The notes beneath the pieces are model-generated. The model was not told the origin of the DNA. It saw nothing but the letters and a program-made list of their open reading frames with translations, and ran no database searches. From contig OZ024744.1 of assembly GCA_964016885.1 (NCBI GenBank), forward strand, positions 10,974,001 through 11,038,000: a stretch of DNA of 64,000 bases, in the 5' to 3' direction. Of this stretch, positions 55,501-64,000 are shown piece by piece. A program made the position numbers and the translations under genes. The stretch's first letter is position 1; every line of letters starts with the position of its first letter. This stretch comes from Eledone cirrhosa. Lineage: Eukaryota.

Positions 55501-58500
55501 TTTGTTGCTGTTGTACTCCAATATGTTGTGTTGTTGTACTCTAATATGTTGTGTTGTTATTCTCCAATATGTTGTGCTGTTGTACTCCAATGTGTTATGT
55601 TGTTATACTCCAATATGTTGTGCTGTGATACTCCAATATGTTGTGTTGTTGTACTCCAATCTGTTGTGTTGTTATACTCCAATATATTGTGTTGTTATAC
55701 TCCAATATGTTGCGTTGTTTTACTCCAATATGTTGTGTTGTTGTACTCCAATATGTTGTGTTGTAGTACTCCAATATGTTGTGTTGTTGTAATCCAATAT
55801 CTTGTGTTGTTATACTCCAATATGTTGTGTTGTTGTACTCCAATATGTTGTGTTGTTATACTCCAATATGTTGTGTTATGATACTCCAATATGTTGTGCT
55901 GTTGTACTCCAATATTTTGTGTTGTCGTACTCCAATATGTGATGTTGTACTCCAATATGTCCTGTTGTTATACTCCAATATGTTGTGTTGTTATACTCCA
56001 ATATGTCATGGTGTTGTACTTCAATATGTCGTGTTGTTGTACTCCAATATGTTGTGTTGTTGTACTCCAATACGCGATGTTGTTGTACTCCAATATGTTG
56101 TGTTGTTGTACTCCAATCTCTTGTGTTGTTATACTCCAATATGTTGTGTTGTTATACTCCAATATGGTGTGTTGTTGTAGTCCAATATGTTGTATTGTTT
56201 TTTTCCAATATGTCATGTTATACTCCAATATGTTGTGTTCGTGTACTCCAATATGTTGTGTTATTGTACTCCAATATGTTGCGTTGTTGTACTCCAATAT
56301 GTCTTGTTATACTCCAATATGTCGTGTGGCTGTACTCCAATATGTCATGTTGTTGTACTCCAATATGTCTTGTTATAGTCCAATATGTCGTGTTGTTGTA
56401 CTCCAATATGTCATGTAGTTGTATTCCAATATTTCGTGTTGTTGTACCCCAATATGTCGTGTTGTTTATACTCCAATATGTTTTGCTGTTGTACTCCAAT
56501 ATGTTGTGTTGCTGTATTCCAATATGTTGTGTTGTTATTCTCCAATATGTTGTGGTGTTGTACTCCAATGTGTTATGTTGTTATACTCCAATATGTTGTG
56601 CTGTGCTACTCCAATATATTGTGTTGTTGTACTCCAATGTGTTGTGTTGTTATACTCCAATATGTTGTGTTGATTTACTCCAATATGTTGTGTTGTTGTA
56701 CTCCAATCTGTTGTGTTGTTATACTCCAATATGTTGTGTTGTTATACTCCAATATGTTGTGTTGTTTTACTCCAATATGTTGTGTTGTTGTACTCCAATA
56801 TGTTGTGTTGTTGTACTCCAATATGTTGTGTTGTTGTAATCCAATATCTTGTGTTGTTATACTCCAATATGTTGTGTTGTTGTACTCCAATATGTTGTGT
56901 TGTTATACTCCAATATGTTGTGTTGTGATACTCCAATATGTTGTGCTGTTGTACTCCAATATGTTGTGTTGTTATACTCCAATATGTTGTGTTGTTTTAC
57001 TCCAATATGTTGTGTTGTTGTACTCCAATATGTTGTATTGTTGTTCTCCAATATGTCATGTTATACTCCAATAAGTTGTGTTCTTGTACTCCAATATGTT
57101 GTGTTGTTGTACTCCAATATGTCATGTTATACTCCAATATGTCGTTGTTATACTCCAATATGTCATGTTGTTGTACTCCAATATGTCGTATTGTTGTACT
57201 CCAATATGTTTTGATGTTGTACTCCAATATGTTGTGTTGTTGTACTCCAATATGTTGTGTAGTCGTACTCCAATATGTTGTATTGTTATACTCCAATATG
57301 TTGTGCTGTTGTACTCCAATATGTTCTGTTGTTGTACTCCAATATATTGTGTTGTTGTACTCCAATACGTCGTGTTGTTGTACTCCAATAGGTCGTGTTG
57401 TTGTACTCCAATATGTTGTGTTGTTGTACTCCAATATGTTGTGTTGTTGTACTCCAATATGTTGTGTTGTTATACTCCAATATGTTATGTTGTTGTACTC
57501 CAATATGTCATGTTGTTGTACTCCAATATGTTTGATGTTGTACTCCAATATGTTGTGTTGTTGTACTCCAATATGTTCTGATGTTGTACTCCAATATGTT
57601 GTGTTGTTGTACTCCAATATGTTGTGTAGTCATACTCCAATATGTTGTGTTGTTGTACTCCAATATGCTGTGATGTTGTACTCCAATATGATGTGCTGTT
57701 GTACTCCAATGCGTTGTGTTGTTGTACTCCAATATGCTGTGTTGTTATACTCCAATATGTTGTGTTGTTGTACTCCAATATGTTGTGTTGTTGTACTCCA
57801 ATATGTTGTGTTGTTGTAATCCAATATCTTGTGTTGTTATACTCCAATATGTTGTGCTGTTGTACTCCAATATGTTGAGTTGTTATACTCCAATATGTAG
57901 TGTTGTTATACTCCAATATGTTGTGTTGTTGTACTCCAATCTGTTGCGTTATACTCCAATATGTTGTGTTGTTATACTCCAATATGTTGTGTTGTTATAC
58001 TCCAATATGTTGTGTTGTTTTACTCCAATATGTTGTATTGTTGATCTCCAATATGTCATATTATACTCCAATAAGTTGTGTTCTTGTACTCCAATATGTG
58101 TTGTTGTTGTACTCCAATATGTTGCGTTGTTGTACTCCAATATATCATGTTGTCGTACTCCAATATGTCATGTTATACTCCAATATGTTTTGATGCTGTA
58201 CTCCAATATGTTGTGTTGTTGTACTACAATATGCTGTGTTGTTGTACTCCAATATGTTGTGTTGTTATACTCCAATATGTTGTGCTGTTGTACTCCAATA
58301 TGTTGTGTTGTTGTACTCCAATATGTTGTGTTGTTATACTCCAATATGTTATGTTGTTGTACTCCAATATGTCTTGTTGTTGTACTCCAATATGTTTTGA
58401 TGTTGTACTCCAATATGTTGTGTTGTTGCACTCCAATATGTTTTGATGTTGTACTCCAATATGTTGTGTTGTTGTACTCCAATATGTTGTGTAGTCGTAC

Positions 58501-61500
58501 TCCAATATGTTGTGTTGTTGTACTCTAATATGTTTTGTTGTTATTCTCCAATATGTTGTGATGTTGTACTCCAATGTGTTGTGTTGTTGTACTTCAATGT
58601 GATGTGTTGTTGTACTCCAAAATGTTGTGCTGTTGTACTCCAATATTTTTTTGTTTTTTGTACTCCAATATGTTGTGTTGTTATACTCCAATATGTTGTG
58701 TTGTTATACTCCAATATGTTGTGCTGTTGTACTCCAAATCTCGTGTTGTTATACTCCAATGTGTTGTGTTGTTATACTCCAATATGGTGTGTTGTTGTAC
58801 TCCAATATGTTGTATTGTTTTCTCCAATATGTCATGTTATACTCCAATATGGTGTGTTCGTGTACGCCAATATGTTGTGTTATTGTACTCCAATATGTTG
58901 CGTTGTTGTACTCCAATATGTTGTGTTGTTATACTTCAATATGTCGTGTGGCTGTACTCCAATATGTCATGTTGTTGTACTCCAATATGTCTTGTTATAG
59001 TCCAATATGTCGTGTTGTTGTACTCCAATATATCATGTAGTTGTACTCCAATATTTCGTGTTGTTGTACCCCAATATGTAGTGTTGTTTATACTCCAATA
59101 TGTTTTGCTGTTGTACTCCAATATGTTGTGTTGCTGTACTCCTATATGTTGTGTTGTTATTCTCCAATATGTTGTGCTGTTGTACTCCAATGTGTTGTGT
59201 TGTTATACTCCAATATGTTCTGTTGTTGTACTCCAATATGTTGTGTTGTTGTACTCCAATATGTTGTGTTGTTGTACTCCAATGTGCTGTGTTGTTGTAC
59301 TCCAATATGTTGTGTTGTTGTACTCCAATATGTTGTGTTGTTGTACTCCAATATGTTGTGTTGTTATACTCCAATATTTCGTGTGGTTGTACTCCAATAT
59401 GTCATGGTGTTGTACTTCAATATGTCGTGTTGTTGTACTCCAATATGTTGTCTTGCTGTACTCCAATCTGTTGTGTTGTTGTACTCCAATGTGTTGTGTT
59501 GTTGTACTCCAATATGTTGTGCCGTTGTACTCCAATATGTCATGTTATACTCCAATATGTTGTGTTATTGTACTCCAATATGTTGCGTTGTTGTACTCCA
59601 ATATGTTGTGTTGTTATACTCCAATATGTTGTGTTGTTGTACTCCAATATGGCATGTTGTTGTACTCCAGTATGTCTTGTTATACTCCAATATGTAGTGT
59701 TGCTGTACTCCAATATGTCATGCTGTTGTACTCCAATATTTCGTGTCGTTGTACTCCAATATGTCGTGCTTTTGTACTCCAATATGTTTTGCTGTTGTAC
59801 TCCACTGTGTTGTGTTGTTGAACTCCAATATGTTGTGTTGTTGTTCTCCAATATTTGGTGCTGTTGTACTCCAATGTGTTGTGTTGTTATACTCCAATAT
59901 GTTGTGTTGTGATACTCCAATGTGTTGTGTTGTTGTACTCCAATATGTTGTGTTGTTGTACTCCAATATGTTGTGTTGTTATACTCCAATGTGGTGTGCT
60001 GTTGTAATCCAATATGTTATGTTGTACTCCAATATGTTGTGTTGTTATACTCCAATATGTAGTGTTGTTATACTCCAATATGTTGTGTTGTTGTACCCCA
60101 ATATGTCGTGTTGATTATACTACAATTTTTGTTGCTGTTGTACTCCAATATGTTGTGTTGTTGTACTCTAATATGTTGTGTTGTTATTCTCCAATATGTT
60201 GTGCTGTTGTACTCCAATGTGTTATGTTGTTATACTCCAATATGTTGTGCTGTGATACTCCAATATGTCATGTTGTTGTACTCCAGTATGTCTTGTTATA
60301 CTCCAATATGTCGTGTTGCTGTACTCCAATATGTCATGCTGTTGTACTCCAATATGTTTTGCTGTTGTACTCCACTGTGTTGTGTTGTTGAACTCCAATA
60401 TGTTGTGTTGTTGTTCTCCAATATTTTGTGCTGTTGTACTCCAATTTGTGTTGTTGTACTCCAATATGTTGTGTTGTTGTACTCCAATATGTTGTGTTGT
60501 TGTACTCCAATATGTTGTGTTGTTATACTCCAATATGTTGTGCTGTTGTACTCCAATATTTCGTGTTGTTGTACTCCAATACGTCGTGTTGTTGTACTCC
60601 AATATGTTTTGATGTTGTACTCAAATATGTTGTGTTGTTGTACTCCAATATGTTTTGATGTTGTACTCCAATATGTTGTGTTGTTGTACTCCAATATGTT
60701 GTGTAGTCGTACTCCAATATGTTGTGTTGTTGTACTCCAATATGCTGTGATGTTGTACTCCAATATGATGTGATGTTGTACTACAATGCGTTGTGTTGTT
60801 GTACTCCAATGTGATGTGTTGTTGTACTCCAATATGTTGTGCCGTTGTACTCCAATATTTTTTATTTTTGTACTCCAATATGTTGTGTTGTTATACTCCA
60901 ATATGTTGTGTTGTTATACTCCAATATGTTGTGCTGTTGTACTCCAAATCTCGTGTTGTTATACTCCAATGTGTTGTGTTGTTATACTCCAATATGGTGT
61001 GTTGTTGTAGTCCAATATGTTGTATTGTTTTTCTTCCAATATGTCATGTTATACTCCAATATGTTGTGTTCGTGTACTCCAATATGTTGTGTTATTGTAC
61101 TCCAATATGTTGCGTTGTTGTACTCCAATATGTTGTGTTGTTATACTCCAATATGTTGTGTTGTTGTACTCCAATATGTTGTGTTGTTATACTCCAATAT
61201 GTTGTGCTGTTGTACTCCAATATGTTGTGTTGTTATACTCCAATATGTAGTGTTGTTATACTCCAATATGTTGTGTTGTTGTACTCCAATCTGTTGTGTT
61301 GTTATACTCCAATATATTGTGTTGTTATACTCCAATATGTTGTGTTGTTTTACTCCAATATGTTGTGTTGTTGTACTCCAATATGTTGTATTGTTGTTCT
61401 CCAATATGTCATGTTATACTCCAATAAGTTGTGTTCTTGTACACCAATATGTTGTGTTGTTGTACTCCAATATGTTGTTTTGTTGTACTCCAATATATCA

Positions 61501-64000
61501 TGTTGTCGTACTCCAATATGTCACGTTATACTCCAATATGTCGTTGTTATACTCCAATATGTCATGATGTTGTACTCCAATATGTCGTGTTCTTGTACTC
61601 CAATATGTCGTGTTGTTGTACTCCAATATGTTGTGTTGTTGTACTCCAATATGTTGTGTTGTTGTACTCCAATATGGTGTGTTGTTGTACTCCAATATGT
61701 TGTGTTGTTATACTCCAATATGTTGTGCTGTTGTACTCCAATATTTCGTGTTGTTGTACTCAAATACATCGTGTTGTACTCCAATATGTTGTGTTGTTAT
61801 ACTCCAATATGTTATGTTGTTGTACTCCAATATGTCTTGTTGTTATACTCCAATATGTTTTGATGTTGTACTCCAATATGTTGTGTTGTTGCACTCCAAT
61901 ATGTTTTGATGTTGTACTCCAATATGTTGTGTTGTTGTACTCCAATATGTTGTGTAGTCGTACTCCAATATGTTGTATTGTTGTACTCTAATATGTTTTG
62001 TTGTTATTCTCCAATATGTTGTGATGTTGTACTCCAATGTGTTGTGTTGTTGTACTCCAATGTGATGTGTTGTTGTACTCCAAAATGTTGTGATGTTGTA
62101 CTCCAATATTTTTTGTTTTTTGTACTCCAATATGTTGTGTTGTTATACTCCAATATGTTGTGTTGTTATACTCCAATATGTTGTGCTGTTGTACTCCAAA
62201 TCTCGTGTTGTTATACTCCAATGTGTTGTGTTGTTATACTCCAATATGGTGTGTTGTTGTACTCCAATATGTTGTATTGTTTTCTCCAATATGTCATGTT
62301 ATACTCCAATATGGTGTGTTCGTGTACGCCAATATGTTGTGTTATTGTACTCCAATATGTTGCGTTGTTGTACTCCAATATGTTGTGTTGTTATACTCCA
62401 ATATGTCGTGTGGCTGTACTCCAATATGTCATGTTGTTGTACTCCAATATGTCTTGTTATAGTCCAATATGTCGTGTTGTTGTACTCCAATATATCATGT
62501 AGTTGTACTCCAATATTTCGTGTTGTTGTACCCCAATATGTAGTGTTGTTTATACTCCAATATGTTTTGCTGTTGTACTCCAATATGTTGTGTTGCTGTA
62601 CTCCTATATGTTGTGTTGTTATTCTCCAATATGTTGTGCTGTTGTACTCCAATGTGTTGTGTTGTTATACTCCAATATGTTCTGTTGTTGTACTCCAATA
62701 TGTTGTGTTGTTGTACTCCAATATGTTGTGTTGTTGTACTCCAATGTGCTGTGTTGTTGTACTCCAATATGTTGTGTTGTTGTACTCCAATATGTTGTGT
62801 TGTTATACTCCAATATGTTGTGTTGTTATACTCCAATATTTCGTGTGGTTGTACTCCAATATGTCATGGTGTTGTACTTCAATATGTCGTGTTGTTGTAC
62901 TCCAATATGTTGTCTTGCTGTACTCCAATCTGTTGTGTTGTTGTACTCCAATGTGTTGTGTTGTTGTACTCCAATATGTTGTGCCGTTGTACTCCAATAT
63001 GTCATGTTATACTCCAATATGTTGTGTTCGTGTACTCCAATATGTTGTGTTATTGTACTCCAATATGTTGCGTTGTTGTACTCCAATATGTTGTGTTGTT
63101 ATACTCCAATATGTTGTGTTGTTGTACTCCAATATGTCATGTTGTTGTACTCCAGTATGTCTTGTTATACTCCAATATGTCGTGTTGCTGTACTCCAATA
63201 TGTCATGCTGTTGTACTCCAATATTTCGTGTCGTTGTACTCCAATATGTCGTGCTTTTGTACTCCAATATGTTTTGCTGTTGTACTCCACTGTGTTGTGT
63301 TGTTGAACTCCAATATGTTGTGTTGTTGTTCTCCAATATTTTGTGCTGTTGTACTCCAATGTGTTGTGTTGTTATACTCCAATATGTTGTGTTGTGATAC
63401 TCCAATGTGTTGTGCTGTTGTAATACAATATGTTATGTTGTACTCCAATATGTTGTGTTGTTATACTCCAATATGTAGTGTTGTTATACTCCAATATGTT
63501 GTGTTGTTGTACCCCAATATGTCGTGTTGATTATACTACAATTTTTGTTGCTGTTGTACTCCAATATGTTGTGTTGTTGTACTCTAATATGTTGTGTTGT
63601 TATTCTCCAATATGTTGTGCTGTTGTACTCCAATGTGTTATGTTGTTATACTCCAATATGTTGTGCTGTGATACTCCAATATGTTGTGTTGTTGTACTCC
63701 AATCTGGTGTGTTGTTATACTCCAATATATTGTGTTGTTATACTCCAATATGTTGCGTTGTTTTACTCCAATATGTTGTGTTGTTGTACTCCAATATGTT
63801 GTGTTGTAGTACTCCAATATGTTGTGTTGTTGTAATCCAATATCTTGTGTTGTTATACTCCAATATGTTGTGTTGTTGTACTCCAATATGTTGTGTTGTT
63901 ATACTCCAATATGTTGTGTTATGATACTCCAATATGTTGTGCTGTTGTACTCCAATATTTTGTGTTGTCGTACTCCAATATGTGATGTTGTACTCCAATA
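46520..64000. repeat. Third, structurally variant copy of the HOR series: one 5.56-kb unit followed by the 13-26-kb-type segment lacking the 2.3-kb duplication
   Basis: Offsets to the left-hand copies step through 45727 (2038/47765), 45704-45705 (3681/49385, 6612/52317), 40133 then 40154 (12963/53096, 15233/55387), 37854 (18995/56849) and 37405 (21038/58443, 24685/62090). Confidence 0.85.

Larger units (their letters stand above)
1..64000. repeat. 23-bp tandem satellite/minisatellite array, consensus TACTCCAATATGTTGTGTTGTTG (reverse complement CAACAACACAACATATTGGAGTA), ~2,800 monomers, running past both window edges
   Basis: The core TACTCCAAT recurs every 23 bp (a minority of monomers are 18-24 bp) from the first line to the last, e.g. 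perfect copies at 1501-1546. I saw no non-repeat sequence and no inverted monomers. ORF translations repeat with a 23-aa (69-bp = 3-monomer) period. Confidence 0.99.

Noticed and set aside
7-63998. Hundreds of ORFs (up to 529 aa) resembling Cys-rich membrane or keratin-associated proteins on + and Thr/Asn/Gln-rich repeats on -
   Set aside because: They overlap in all six frames, are translations of the same 23-bp unit, tolerate frequent frame-shifting indels, and have no unique N- or C-terminal sequence or recognisable domain.
1-64000. CRISPR array (conserved core plus variable segment)
   Set aside because: The variable part is only ~12 bp and consists of point variants of one sequence, not unique spacers. 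There is no leader or cas gene, and the 23-bp period is far too short.
1-64000. Long yeast-type (23-26-bp) telomerase repeat, suggested by the 23-bp length and TG-rich strand
   Set aside because: The array exceeds 64 kb, is degenerate and has kilobase HORs, which indicates recombinational amplification rather than templated addition. The consensus matches no telomere repeat I recall. A subtelomeric or recombination-maintained terminal location cannot be excluded.
1-64000. Thousands of CCAAT boxes and TATA-like motifs (TTATAC) acting as promoters
   Set aside because: The flanks (CT-CCAAT-AT) fit the NF-Y preference (RRCCAATSR) poorly, TTATAC is not a TATAWAW box, and there is no gene to regulate.
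1-64000. Fungal RIP signature (TpG to TpA)
   Set aside because: TG to TA is concentrated at one monomer position, while other TG sites and the CpA in CCAA are rarely hit. Large duplications remain nearly identical, unlike RIP-mutated repeats.
63958-64000. Window end matches the window start (~31-73), hinting at circularity
   Set aside because: The same block also occurs at ~15761, 18061, 27350, 35082, 37382 and 55915, so it is ordinary HOR recurrence at an arbitrary window cut.
1-64000. Embedded transposon, inversion or unique island
   Set aside because: None was seen on reading through: the core motif recurs in phase and in the same orientation throughout. A very short insertion could have been missed by eye.

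Overview
The whole 64-kb window is one uninterrupted head-to-tail tandem array of a 23-bp monomer, consensus TACTCCAATATGTTGTGTTGTTG (8/23 G+C, 11/23 T on this strand), at roughly 2,800 copies (64 kb / ~23 bp). All copies I read are in the same orientation. I found no credible genes, RNA genes, transposon insertions or CRISPR spacers. The ORF track is an artefact of a consensus that has no stop codon in any frame. The informative signal is the order of variant monomers, which forms nested higher-order repeats (HORs): a ~5.57-kb tandem duplication (~1.3-13.3 kb), 2,300-bp duplications (15.5-20.1 kb and 34.9-39.5 kb), a near-identical 19,321-bp duplication (~9.5-46.5 kb), and a third, structurally distinct copy at 46.5-64 kb. 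There are also monomer-register deletions, a 115-bp conversion-like patch and a three-way template-switch junction. This looks like eukaryotic satellite DNA (centromeric, pericentromeric or subtelomeric), but I cannot assign the family or organism from sequence alone. Offsets quoted come from differences between matching ORF-track coordinates and from landmarks read by eye, and block boundaries are approximate.
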